The position numbers were made by a program, and so were the translations under genes. Source: a virus (taxonomy: Duplodnaviria; Heunggongvirae; Uroviricota; Caudoviricetes). From it: a stretch of DNA of 64,000 nt. Location of the stretch: positions 60,732 through 124,731 of IMG/VR virus record IMGVR_UViG_3300037512_000782. One strand, given 5' to 3'. A model generated the notes under the pieces. The model was not told where the DNA came from and searched no databases. It worked only from the letters and a program-made list of their open reading frames with translations. Shown in pieces: positions 8,842 through 20,400 of the stretch (the first letter of the stretch is position 1; each line of letters starts with the position of its first letter).

Positions 8842-10368
8842 CTATTCGCGAGCCATCATCGCGGCCATCTGTTCTTCGTCGAACTCATCGCCAGATCCAC
8901 CGCCCATACTATAGGTCTCGACATTATCATTGGAGGACAAGTCAGCCACTTCTGGTGCCGACGGCTTTGCGCGTAATACCGACTTGTCGACGTCGACAGT
9001 CTCCGCCGTGGTTTCACCCATGCGGAGCGTACCGTAAGCTTTGTCAAGGATGCCCGGCAGCTGGCTATAGAATGCTTGCAAGGCGTTGGCCATCTGCGCA
9101 ATCTTCTTTCCTTCGCTGGCGTTTGCATAGAATACCGTCTGAATCTTGTGTTCCAGCATAACTCTGGTTGTCATCGGAATCACGGCGATCTTGAACTGGC
9201 GAACGTTCTGACTACCGACATGGCACACGCGAATCTTAATATTCGTGTCAAACAACGCGCCAAGAACTTGCGTTACTTTCGTAATAGCGTTAAGTCGTTT
9301 CAGCCAGCCGTATTCGTCAGAATCATCAGTTGGTGCCGCATCCAGCGACAACCCCAAATTCGTATTGGACACAAAGCGAGCAAGAGAATTATACATAGAT
9401 AGCGTCGTCTTATTTAACGAAGCCATCGCAGCAATCTGGTTCTCGTCGCCACTCGTTTCACGCATCATGTCGGAAGCGTCATTCAACTGTTGCGCAAACG
9501 CCTTTTCAACCGTAGTCGTACCAGTAGACTTCGAAGAACTGCCACCGACAGATTTTTCGGTCGATACTAATTTGGTCTTAACGGCTGAAGTCAAAGTAAT
9601 ATCGTTATAGAAATGCTGACTTTCTTCCGATCCAGTCTGGGTAAACAACTTATCCAGAATTTCGGTCTGGATGTTATCCAAACGGAGTGCATACGGAGTA
9701 TTAGTCACCCCAGCCACAATCGTCGTCTTACGAATACCATACGCTGGCAGCAACGTTTTCTGAAGATACTGCAAGCCTTTCAATCGGCCAGAAATGTACG
9801 ATACGCCATCTGGACGTTTCTGTCCAAGCTTGTAGCTGCACAAATAGCCATCTTTATCCAATTTGTTTGCAGCCTCTGATTCGTCCATGCCGCCACGCAT
9901 ATAGTCATGGATTAGCGCAGTCGGGAGGAACCAAGCAGCTTGATCATGTATCTTACCACCAAGAGACAACGTACGTTCAACATTCGTATTAACCCGCTTG
10001 TCATTAGTGATTACTGCATACGCACTGCCACTTCTGTTGTAGAACGAGTCATCACCATTACACGACTGTATGATATACTTGATAAGCTGATCCCACGATT
10101 GTTCGGAGTCATATCGCTGCATGTCGCTGTCATGCTTATTTTGCGTCAACTCAGAAGACGGATTCATCGCAAGCTTGTGTTCTATCTGGGAAAGAACCAG
10201 CGGCTTCAATACGGCTTTCAATTCAGATTCGAAAGCTTCCGCGTCACTCTTTATACGACGGCGAACTTCTGGATTCACGCGAGCGTATTCAGTAAGAGCC
10301 AGCAAGTCAAGGTTGATAGCCCATAGAATCGGATTATCTTGTTTTTCTTCGGTGTGCTTCATAGCCAT
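8842..10368 (-). CDS. hypothetical protein
   Basis: 508-aa ORF with GGGAG RBS in a late-motif-driven operon. Confidence 0.75.
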   Translation of the reverse strand: MAMKHTEEKQDNPILWAINLDLLALTEYARVNPEVRRRIKSDAEAFESELKAVLKPLVLSQIEHKLAMNPSSELTQNKHDSDMQRYDSEQSWDQLIKYIIQSCNGDDSFYNRSGSAYAVITNDKRVNTNVERTLSLGGKIHDQAAWFLPTALIHDYMRGGMDESEAANKLDKDGYLCSYKLGQKRPDGVSYISGRLKGLQYLQKTLLPAYGIRKTTIVAGVTNTPYALRLDNIQTEILDKLFTQTGSEESQHFYNDITLTSAVKTKLVSTEKSVGGSSSKSTGTTTVEKAFAQQLNDASDMMRETSGDENQIAAMASLNKTTLSMYNSLARFVSNTNLGLSLDAAPTDDSDEYGWLKRLNAITKVTQVLGALFDTNIKIRVCHVGSQNVRQFKIAVIPMTTRVMLEHKIQTVFYANASEGKKIAQMANALQAFYSQLPGILDKAYGTLRMGETTAETVDVDKSVLRAKPSAPEVADLSSNDNVETYSMGGGSGDEFDEEQMAAMMARE

Positions 10369-10380
10369 AACACTACTCCC

Positions 10381-11322
10381 TTACTGTGCTTGCGCCTTGG
10401 CCTTCATCATTTCGGCCATCTTCTTCTTTTCGTCGTTGATGACATTCTGAACCGCGTTAAACTGTCCCAAAGGAATACCGCCGACGAGTGCGACAACACC
10501 CGGCTCACCAGTTTCGAAGTTCTGCGGTTTCAGTATGGAGCCGACCAGACCTTGATAGTACAAGAAACCCATCGTTGCACGTTTCTCATAAATTTCTGCG
10601 GGGTCATTCGACTCACGGCGCATCGTACCGACATGTCGAGTATGAGTCTTAGTGATTACGTCGTTTCCAAATTCCTTCGCAAGGTCTTGTACGGAAACCA
10701 CTTCGGCCACATCTTGTGTATCTGTCGGGCAATAATACACCATCGTCGCATTCGGCGACTTGTTCGTAAATTTCAACTTCAATGCGGTAGAAAAATCCGA
10801 CAACGAGAAACTAAGCTGATAGCCATCACCGAGTACAATCGGCTTAGGATCGAGCATCTTCAGCTGCTCAATCACGCTGGCTGGATATTCCCACTTATGC
10901 GTAAAGATGTTGGCGAAGTTGATCGTATGGTCATCATCTTGTGCGATAAGGTGCTTATGGATAACGTTGAAGAACTCTGGCTCGATATTCTTTACATAGT
11001 CGAGTTCGTTACAAGTCAGTGGGCTCTGCTTGATGATTTCGACGACACTGGTGTTGGCAGTAATGCTTGCAGTAATTTCATTCACTTGGTTAAATAGCGA
11101 AACAGGTACATAGTGTGTAAACAGCATGCACCTAGTAGACCAGTCTGGTAAATTGAAATTTTGATGCTTGTCAGCAGTACGCTCGCTCAGTTTCTTATAG
11201 GCGATGTCATAGGACGCTTGAAACTGAGTGTCGTCACTAATAGCTTCACCGTACTTAGTGATTCCGAATACTTTCAGCAGCTTCGCCCATGTTTCGCCGA
11301 TGCCAGAAATTTCACCCTTCAT
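10381..11322 (-). CDS. hypothetical protein
   Basis: ORF track starts at GTG 11346; ATG 11322 preferred because the late motif sits at 11349-11356. Confidence 0.7.
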   Translation of the reverse strand: MKGEISGIGETWAKLLKVFGITKYGEAISDDTQFQASYDIAYKKLSERTADKHQNFNLPDWSTRCMLFTHYVPVSLFNQVNEITASITANTSVVEIIKQSPLTCNELDYVKNIEPEFFNVIHKHLIAQDDDHTINFANIFTHKWEYPASVIEQLKMLDPKPIVLGDGYQLSFSLSDFSTALKLKFTNKSPNATMVYYCPTDTQDVAEVVSVQDLAKEFGNDVITKTHTRHVGTMRRESNDPAEIYEKRATMGFLYYQGLVGSILKPQNFETGEPGVVALVGGIPLGQFNAVQNVINDEKKKMAEMMKAKAQAQ

Positions 11323-11348
11323 AAAAACCCGCGCAATTAGATACACGC

Positions 11349-11356
11349 AGTTTATC
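11349..11356 (-). promoter_or_regulatory. putative late promoter GATAAACT
   Basis: intergenic copy of the recurrent motif, heading the operon that includes the gp25-domain gene. Confidence 0.65.
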
Positions 11357-11361
11357 GGTTT

Positions 11362-12486
11362 TTATAGTAGATATTCTGGCAAATCGATCAAAACTGGTAC
11401 TTCGTCGGTGTCGGTATCTTCATCTGGATTGACAATGATACCTGGGGATGTGTTGTCGTCGGCGGGGCCGTTAGCTTCCTCGTCAAGCTCATGAAGCATC
11501 TTCATCAGCATGGCGTAGCTTTCCAGATACTCGTCATCATCGACAACCAAAGAACCTAGCGGCAGCCTTCCAGCGGCGACATTGTCTTTCGCCCTCGTGT
11601 AGTAGCGAGCGTCATTAGGCACCCAAACGTCATACAAGAATCCGTCCGGAGCAGCTTGAGTACCTACAAACACGATGTCTGGGTCTCCGCCGACAAGGAT
11701 AACCTCGCGACCAGCTGGGACTTCCTCTTGCTTCGTAAAGTCACGGTAGGTACGGAACGTACGGCTCAACAGCGGTTCGACCGCATATATGTCGTACAGA
11801 TAACCGCCAGGTAAGTACAAACTACCGATCGTCATGATAGTGCCGCTTTGAATGGCAATCTTCACCAAGTTCGGATCCAGATCGGCTGAATCGAACATAG
11901 GCGACTTCTTCGCCCAGTCAAGAACATACTCGTTCACGTTGACATTGTTATCGACGTAACCAAGCGACACAACATGGTTAAAGTCGGAACCACTCAAACC
12001 AGATACCAGACGGTTGATGCCACTATTGAACGCGGCGTCATTCTCGTCAATACCTTCAAGCGACAGATGAACTGGCATGATGTAAGGAATTCCGCCATAG
12101 ACCATCAGATAGGTCAACTCTGTTCTGGCGTACATTCCCATAACGCCGCTTGCGGTAAATACCTTGACCGCTGGCGACATATCCGGGAACTTTTCCTTTA
12201 ATTCGGTAACGTAGGTCTTGAAGTCAGCAATCATATCCGTGCCGTCGATATCGGACATGTAGGCTACGAGCTCTCGGCCATCGACACGAACAAGGCCAGT
12301 GTCGATATATCCAGCATGCGTGGCCATTCCGAAAGTATCTGCGGCGGTCTTGAAGATGTTCTTGGCCTTCGTACAAATGTATCCACGGCCAAACCAGCCA
12401 GCCATTCGAATGGCCGACTGTTTAACCTTGGACGGAAGCCGCTTTACGTACCCAGCGGCAGATTTGATCTTAGAGGTCAGCCACAT
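11362..12486 (-). CDS. hypothetical protein
   Basis: long ORF (track 11362..12522); start uncertain, ATG 12486 overlaps the upstream stop region. Confidence 0.65.
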   Translation of the reverse strand: MWLTSKIKSAAGYVKRLPSKVKQSAIRMAGWFGRGYICTKAKNIFKTAADTFGMATHAGYIDTGLVRVDGRELVAYMSDIDGTDMIADFKTYVTELKEKFPDMSPAVKVFTASGVMGMYARTELTYLMVYGGIPYIMPVHLSLEGIDENDAAFNSGINRLVSGLSGSDFNHVVSLGYVDNNVNVNEYVLDWAKKSPMFDSADLDPNLVKIAIQSGTIMTIGSLYLPGGYLYDIYAVEPLLSRTFRTYRDFTKQEEVPAGREVILVGGDPDIVFVGTQAAPDGFLYDVWVPNDARYYTRAKDNVAAGRLPLGSLVVDDDEYLESYAMLMKMLHELDEEANGPADDNTSPGIIVNPDEDTDTDEVPVLIDLPEYLL

Positions 12487-12832
12487 CGACAATGAGACCC
12501 AAGCTGCCCTTGACTTCCTCATACATCGGCTTCATGCTGGGGACGCGGATGGACGTTTCTTCAAGATTGATGATCGTGTCGGCGATAGCCTTGGCGATTA
12601 CGTCCGGCACGTTAGCCGTATCGTATTCCATTTCGAAGTCATTCTTCACGACAATCTTGCCCTTTTCGTCACGACCGACGCCAGCCTTCTCGTAGTCTTC
12701 GTCAGACACGGTGATGGAGTCGATGAAGTCATCAAACTTGCAACGGATAGCCCATGTGCAGCCAAGCTTCTGGGCGTTGTTGATGATGTTGATGCGGTCA
12801 GAAACCTTCAGCTTTACTTTCTTGTTAGCCAT
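12470..12832 (-). CDS. hypothetical protein
   Basis: 120-aa ORF with GAGAGG RBS and strong codon bias. Confidence 0.7.
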   Translation of the reverse strand: MANKKVKLKVSDRINIINNAQKLGCTWAIRCKFDDFIDSITVSDEDYEKAGVGRDEKGKIVVKNDFEMEYDTANVPDVIAKAIADTIINLEETSIRVPSMKPMYEEVKGSLGLIVDVADL

Positions 12833-12851
12833 ATAAAAACCTCTCGATGTA

Positions 12852-13808
12852 TCAAATTACATCATTTATTCTTGAATTTCGCCATTCTTGCGCTCTACGC
12901 ACATCGTCCGGAGAACGGTCAACCGTGACGGAAACGGACAAATCCACCTTACCGATAGTCTTCCTCACCGGAAGATGGTCAAAGTCCTTCGGTTCCAGCG
13001 TCAAGTAGGACGACCAGTTACCAATCGTCACCACCTTCGTCACGCCAAGTACGATATCTTCTGGATAGACATTGACGGTGACTGGAACGGCCTTGATTGC
13101 GGGATCATAGTTTATACCGTTCACTGGGGTAACGCTGAACGAAATCATCAAGTGACCGTTCGTGCCGCCGTGAAGTCCACTGTTTCCAGCATAAGGGACT
13201 CGCATCTTTAGGGCACCCGATACATAGCGGATGATCTTGGATACGGACTTCTTAACGACACCAGTTCCGTTACAGACTTCGCACTTGTTAGCCTTGAGCT
13301 TCTTTTCGCCGTTGCACTTGTCGCACTTGATTTTCTGACCAGCGATAACGACGTAGCCATATCCGCCGCACTTGCCGCAAAGGTGTTCGACACCGCCGCC
13401 AGTTCCGTCGCACTCAAGACATTCGGCCATGCGATTGAACTTGATCGGCATGGCATCTACGCCGCCGAGGAACACATCGACCGGAATCTTTACACGGAGC
13501 TTCACATCGGTTCCGTTCTTCATCTTCGGATCAACAGTAGGCGCTTTGTGGAAATTCTCGGCTACGGTAGGACGGCCAAACACTGAAGACAACATATTGA
13601 AGTCGGCAACAAACGCATTCTTGGAATCATATTCCTTGCGTTTCTCCGGAGTATCAATAAGATGGTAAGCCTCGTTAAGCTCGACCATCTTCGAGTCGTC
13701 ACCGTTGTTCTTGTCTGGGTGATACTGGCGAGCAAGCTCCTTGTACTTATGCTTGATTTCATCGTCAGTAGCGTCTGGCTTCACTTGCAATATGTCATAT
13801 ACACTCAT
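12852..13808 (-). CDS. dnaJ: DnaJ-like co-chaperone (J domain, Zn-finger region, C-terminal domain)
   Basis: YDILQV...YHPDKN J domain with HPD; CxxCxGxG-type repeats; start reassigned to MSVYDIL. Confidence 0.9.
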   Translation of the reverse strand: MSVYDILQVKPDATDDEIKHKYKELARQYHPDKNNGDDSKMVELNEAYHLIDTPEKRKEYDSKNAFVADFNMLSSVFGRPTVAENFHKAPTVDPKMKNGTDVKLRVKIPVDVFLGGVDAMPIKFNRMAECLECDGTGGGVEHLCGKCGGYGYVVIAGQKIKCDKCNGEKKLKANKCEVCNGTGVVKKSVSKIIRYVSGALKMRVPYAGNSGLHGGTNGHLMISFSVTPVNGINYDPAIKAVPVTVNVYPEDIVLGVTKVVTIGNWSSYLTLEPKDFDHLPVRKTIGKVDLSVSVTVDRSPDDVRRAQEWRNSRINDVI

Positions 13809-13834
13809 TTTCGACCTAAATGCGCTAATCAACT

Positions 13835-13842
13835 GATAAACT
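13835..13842 (+). promoter_or_regulatory. putative late promoter GATAAACT
   Basis: recurrent motif 26 nt before ATG 13869. Confidence 0.65.
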
Positions 13843-13868
13843 ACTTTAAAATTGCATCGAGACCACAA

Positions 13869-14456
13869 ATGGACGGATTCAGAATTCTTATGGAAGCCGC
13901 CACCAAGAAAAGGCGGAAATCTATCGACACTACCAAGGCCAAGCATCCGAAAGTTGGCTTTCCCGGCTACGCATTCGGAAGCAACCCAGGTGACCGTCCG
14001 AACGAAACCGCGTCATTCCAGCCGACACTAGGCGACGGCCCAGCCTTGCCAGCGACGACTACTACGCATAGCGGTGGTTACTGCGGCGTTGTCGCTATGG
14101 GCGGTGGCGGCGGATCGGTCGCCCCAGTAGTCGCATTGACTGGCGGAGACGGCGGAGATGGCGGAGCTGGGGGAGCCACTGAATCGGTGGAAGCGACACA
14201 GATCAACGCAATCATCGAATCTTACAAACAAGCCAATCCGTCGAACGACACCATCGGCGAAATCCAGAAGATGTTCGAAAGCGCAAAGAACGGATTCGGT
14301 ATGCTCTACCATTCATGCGACGGCACATCCGCACTTGACATGGTTCCAGCGACCGACGAACAGATTTCGGCACTGGCGGCAACTTGCGAGGCATCACTAA
14401 CCGCGTTCCGAAATTATACTGGGCATGACTACATAAATTGGCGCAAAACCCATTAA
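13869..14456 (+). CDS. hypothetical Gly-rich protein, candidate internal head protein
   Basis: start reassigned to MDGFRILMEAA; late motif upstream; LMEA/IIES/MFES sites. Confidence 0.65.
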   Translation: MDGFRILMEAATKKRRKSIDTTKAKHPKVGFPGYAFGSNPGDRPNETASFQPTLGDGPALPATTTTHSGGYCGVVAMGGGGGSVAPVVALTGGDGGDGGAGGATESVEATQINAIIESYKQANPSNDTIGEIQKMFESAKNGFGMLYHSCDGTSALDMVPATDEQISALAATCEASLTAFRNYTGHDYINWRKTH

Positions 14457-14460
14457 CAGA

Positions 14461-14483
14461 AAAGGCGGCTTAAAGCCGCCTTT
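14461..14483. terminator. bidirectional intrinsic terminator
   Basis: AAAGGCGGCT-TAA-AGCCGCCTTT between convergent genes. Confidence 0.8.
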
Positions 14484-14487
14484 CTTA

Positions 14488-17400
14488 TTACATGTCCATG
14501 AAGTCCAGATCAGCCGCATCATACTCTTGAGCTTGCTGGACGACTGGAGCCGCCGCGCTAGCTTTCCGCTTCTTCGGACGCTTCTGCTTCATCGGCATAG
14601 AATCAATCATTTCATCGCCAGTCAATTCTGGTTCTGGATTTGCCTTCGGTTTCGGAGTCGGCTTTGGCTTAGGTTCCTTGACCTTTGCTGGCTTAGCTGG
14701 AACATTCGCATGTGGTTTTGGCTTTGGTGTTCCATTGGATTTGCCACCAAATGTACGTTCGGTTCCATCCGCACCAACTACGGTACTGGTAGGTTCCTCA
14801 TTATCGCCATCGACGTCGTCGATATTTTCCTCGTCAACATCAACAGTTTCTGCACCATTAGACGAATGACCCTTACGGCTAACATCACGAATGTCATACG
14901 AAACGCGATTACCAGTAGCCATGTTAGTGTAGAGCTGCTTGAACTTAGCCAACACGGTTTCGGCAAACTTCGGATCATTAACATCGATGTCACGAGGCAC
15001 TGACGAATAGCACAGCGCGTCAAACATACGGTCAGTCATCGAGCCAAGACGGCACTTAACAAGTCCGTCGTCACGGCTGACATTATATGCCTTGCTGATA
15101 ATGCCGACGGCGGCATCCAACAAATCACTCTTAACCGCACGAGACTCATCGGCCCTTTCTTTATCGACGGCAGAAATCATAGCGTCATATTCTTCACTAG
15201 AGATACCGCCAGTCAACGCATCAACAGAAATCTTGAAGCCGTGAACTGGGCCACGCTTATCCATAGCAGCCGACAAGCACAGAGCATCGTAGGCTGGAAT
15301 TGTAAACCAACCCAAATTGGTGCGAACCATGTCGCCATACGGCTTCACGTCAAACGACTTTGCGATAGCATTGGTTGCATTAGATACAGCCACGGAATCA
15401 ATGTTATCCAACTGCGAAGTACGTTCAAGAAGCTCAATGAAGGCATCGAATCGTACGCCAGTAGAATAGAACATCAAGGCGGTGTTAAACGCATCGCATT
15501 CGTCATACGCCTTGATCTTGTGGTTGATCTCAATCGACATCATGACGATATAGCGGAACGTATTCTTGTCAAGCGACATTCCCGGATACTTCAAGTGTAC
15601 CATAGCGCCGTTGTACTCGACAATGCCGTCATCGCGAAGCGCTTTAATAACGCTGTTCACGTCGGAAGCATTTGTCGGCATCGTTACGGCATAGTAAGGA
15701 TTCATGCGCAAGTGGCCAACACGCTTCCTTGCCGCCTCGCTAGGCATTACACCAGCGAACGACAAGATGTTGCCACCCTTCTTGAGGGTTTCCATGAACT
15801 GCTGCTTCAGTTCAACCGCACGTTGCGCCCAAGTCTTGTCATCGTCCATACCATTGACGACGGCATTGAACAAGCGATTGATAGTATCCTTTCTCGCCGT
15901 ACTGGTATCGCCCCACAAGCCAGTCGGCACACCAGTACTCGTTTCGATTCTCAACGTATCGTTGATAATCCGAACGACTTCGGCATATTTCGGATTGGCC
16001 ATCATCTGCTGCTGGGCCTTTTCATTCTGGCAATACGCTTCGACACATGACAGCAATTCATTCGGCGTAAGTTCTTCCGGAATCTTAGAAATGATATCAG
16101 CAAACTGGTCAACCCAGTCATAGTCGACACGAGACTGTTCGCCAGATACACGCTGCGGATATGCATTGGTTTCACCGGATACCATACTCATCGTATCGAA
16201 ATCCATATCGACTTCATTTTTCAACGAGTCGCTTACGTAGCTCATGACATTAGCACGACCAGCACGTTGACCAAGGGACGTGCTTACCGTGATGACGGCA
16301 GAAATCGGAGTTTCCATGTCATCGCAGATTCGGTACAAAGACTTGATGGCTTCTGCAAGGAGTTCGGTAGCAGAATTCTTGTAATCACTGTTGAAGTTGA
16401 CTTCGCCCAATTCGTCCACCGCACCATACGTATTCACGAGCTTGTTAAATACGTTCATGCGAAGGTCATGCGCCAGCGATGCCATGTCGTCGTCCTTATA
16501 CACATGCTGCGCGTCGCCGAACACAAGTTCAGAAATCGTCACCGCATCTATACCAGAGCCAGTACCTGGGGCAACCTTAGATCCCTTATCATTAAATGCC
16601 AAGGCAACGCTACGTTGGTCATTGACAATTTTATCTGCAGTACCGACCGAGCCACCATGCATCAACGAATAGGATCCGATATCCGTACCATTCTTGGCGG
16701 CAGCATACACACTGGCCAATGTCGGATAATTCTTATCACCCTTGCGCTCATCATCCATCAAGGCACTGAGCAATTCACGCTGCAGATCATTACTGCACAA
16801 GCCCTTCGCAAAGAGCAAGGAGCCCTTCAACGAAGACAAGGTAGAATGGAATACACGCTTTTCAAGTTCGTTAGCGGACACTCGCTCGTCACGCATGATT
16901 CGATCATACGTATTGAACGCCTTACCAAGCATATAGGCATACTTGGACAGTTCCATGTTTTCCGCCAAGTCAGCCTTGACATACGGCAAGTACGCCATAC
17001 GAGCCTTGGCTTCCTTGGTATCGGTCTTACCAGTAGCGGTACTTTCCTTGGCAGTGTCCTTGTCGCCAGCACGAAGTAAGGAACGAGCGAACGAATCGGT
17101 AGCCTTTCCATACTTATCAGACGGCGACGCCGGAGAATCAACCTTGTTCATTCCACGAAGAATCGGCAGCTCGGCATTTCCTTCAAGACGATCCAAGAAC
17201 TTATCGCCGATGTCGGTAATAACTTTCACGATATTCGTAAATAGCTGTTCTGGATCGGAATCCGCCTTGACGCTGTTGTAGGCATAATCGACCAGTCGAA
17301 GAGACAGCGGGTTCTTACTGAACTTCTCGACAGTATTACGCACGTTAGCCAACACATCAAGCAACTCATTGTATTGCGTTTCAGCTGGCTTTGTCAAGTA

Positions 17401-20400
17401 GTTCGTCAAAACATACACAAGCTGAGCCATTACACTTTCATCGCTGCTCGTATAAGCGAACATACGCTTCACGGCAACTCCGTTATTACGGGCGGCTGCG
17501 GCATCGTCGTTAGACGCATAGTGTACAAGTTCATTGAGCGCGTTGACGGCGATCGAATAATCCTTCAATACGGTCTTCATCTGGTCAAGCGTAACTTCAT
17601 CGTTCACCATAGCATACAGCAATCCTTGATATTCTGGATGCTGTGAAATCAAGTTGTTGATTTCATCTTCCGATGCATCAAGCTGCTTCTGCGACTGTTC
17701 CATTCGCGTCAAGCACTTCGCCGCATGCTTACGATAACCCAGCTTTACATTCGGATGGCCGATATAGAACTTGACCCAATCAGCAGTATCCCAGTTGTCA
17801 GACTCTTGCGGAGCATCCGGAAGATTCATAGCATCAGTCATGTAATCGCCAAGTTCAGACGAAGATTCAGAATGAGTCGTCGCGGCACCTTGGTACTTAC
17901 TGAAAACTTGAATCACAGACTTGAGGCCATCGACAGATTCTTCGGCAACATCGCTAGACGGAACGATATCAGTCTGCGCATTGTCTGCGTCGAGCTCGGC
18001 TGTTTGAAGCTTGGCATTCAACTCGTTCTGCGGTGCCATTGCATTTAGTTCAGCAAGACTCTTCTCGCCGCCTTCTGGAATATCATAAGTCGGCGGAATT
18101 GCAGATGCACTTTCCGGTTCTTCGACATTGAGCTGCTGACCAGCATCCAGCAAGGTTTTCATCACTCGGACATATTGGTCAAATTGGTTGATACGCAGCT
18201 TTTTCAAAGCAGTCATGTTAGCGATCGAATTACCCGGCATCGTATTCGCAATGGCGTTCACCACGGCAAGGATATCGCGAGTAGACAAGTCGCTAGTATT
18301 CACGGCGTCATTCAGTCGTGAACGCAATGTTTTCAAGGATGCCAGCTCCGGATTGTCCGTTAGCGAATTAGTCATCGAGTCGGCAAGCTTACTCAAATCG
18401 TCGACCGCATTCTCGCGATCAGCAATCAAGATTTTGCATGCATTGATAATCTTGACAGAGTTCTCCGGCTTCTTCGCTTCGGCGGTCTTGTTTGCCGCAT
18501 TCGAAATGCTATCGAATAGCGCATTCACTTCGGCGCTAACTTCGCGATAATTAGCTGGATAGAGCTGCTGCACAATCGGAGCAACTGGCGAGTCCTTATG
18601 CGAATATGCATAGCGCACAAGACGGTCGGACATCCTTACGTAATCATGCAAAACGGTAAGAAGGAGCCACGGCATATTACCAGCGCTATACAAGCGAGCA
18701 TCCTTATAGGTGCTAACCACATCGCAAAGCACGGTGATAAGTGCAGAGTCTGCACTTTCAACCATTGCACCACTCATTTTAGAAACGAAACCATTGATCG
18801 CTTCGGACTTACCCGATACCAAGGTCATTAGCTTCGGCGCATAGTTGTAAACGGTTTCAACCGAAGCCGAATAGCGTCCGCCGACGCTGTTCGCAAATTC
18901 ACTGACAGCCTTAGTCACGTTACTACAAAGCACACGAGTCTTTGTCAGAAGTTCAGACAAGTTAGTTCCTTGAGAACGCTTGTACACACTATCGGCCAAC
19001 AACGTACGCTCCTTCAGCGAAGCGCCTTGCGGAATCAAGTGCGTATACACGAGCTTGTCTACAAATTTCGAATTGCTCAATGCCATCGTAGCTTTCGCAT
19101 GCTGGCTAGTCTTGGTATCCTTAACGACATTGGAAGTCGCGTCGATATCAAGCAACTTGTTTACCAACGGCGACACTCTCTCGGAGTCGTCCATATTGCC
19201 ATTCTTCAAGTACGAGTATGACTTGAGACCTTGAAGCATAACCCAAGATGGGTTTTCAGAAATTCGGACTGGAACCAACCCAGAGCTGATGTAGTCCTTG
19301 TAGTGGTTACGAATTTCCATTCGAGGAATCGTATCGACTACACCAGAGGTGCCAGTAATACTATCGTCATAACCGACAACGAGTTCTTCGTTCTCTGGAT
19401 CATACCTAAACAATTTCGTAGTCGCAAGACCAGCCGCAGTCAAACCTTCCTTCTTCTTACGGTCATTTGTGCTTTCCGTACTAAAGATAGCGACGGCGCT
19501 AGGCATCTTGACGGCGTTAATCGAAGTGCCGTCAACAGTCTTACCGGATACAGAGTTACCGCCAACAAAAATGATATTCTTGGCCACAGAGTCAAGCGCA
19601 TCGCGGATCGCCTCGACGGTTTCTCCATCGACTTCATGCAATCCAAGACGAGAGCAGAACTTCGCGAAATCTTGGTCATACACATCGTTCTGTTTCGGAC
19701 GGCTATCAAGCGCATCGTAGTATTCTCGCAGCATACCAGCAAGTTGAGTATGCAATCCGATTGCCGTATCAGTGCTAGTCGCGATGGAAGCAATTCGATC
19801 ACAGAACTCATCAGCAAAGTCAGCTGCAGACGCAGCGTCGACTGGATCCGTAGACATCGGCATGCCGACATCCTCGAACATCATTTGTAACACGCGATAC
19901 ACCAGCTTCGAAGTCAGTCCGTTGTACTTCAAATGACGCAAGAACTCAACAGAGAATACCTTGATATAAGTCTCGCAAGTACAACCAGTCTTATCGTTGA
20001 GCACATTAGATTGAGACGTCTCGTCACCGATAGTGCTCATATCTTTTTCGATATAATCGCCAGAATTAATTTCATCGCGGTCATTGACTTTAGCATTATC
20101 GTCAATTTCATCCAGCGAATCCGTCATTGACGACAAGTCATATTGAGGCGCATCATCCTTTGTTCTCCAAGCGTTCGCGATCAGATTGTACAACTGGCGC
20201 ACCATGGAATCGTCTGGGTTATACCAATGAGACGGATTTTGCGCATTCGGACTTGAAGGTTTTCCAGCGAAATCCTTACCGTACAAATCACGAGGGATTG
20301 CATAACAAGCAAATAGCAACCAAGCGGCATTTTTGGCATCTTCTTCGCTAACGCTCTTCGAAATTCCAGTAACTTTCAAGATTGACTGGACGGTTTCATA

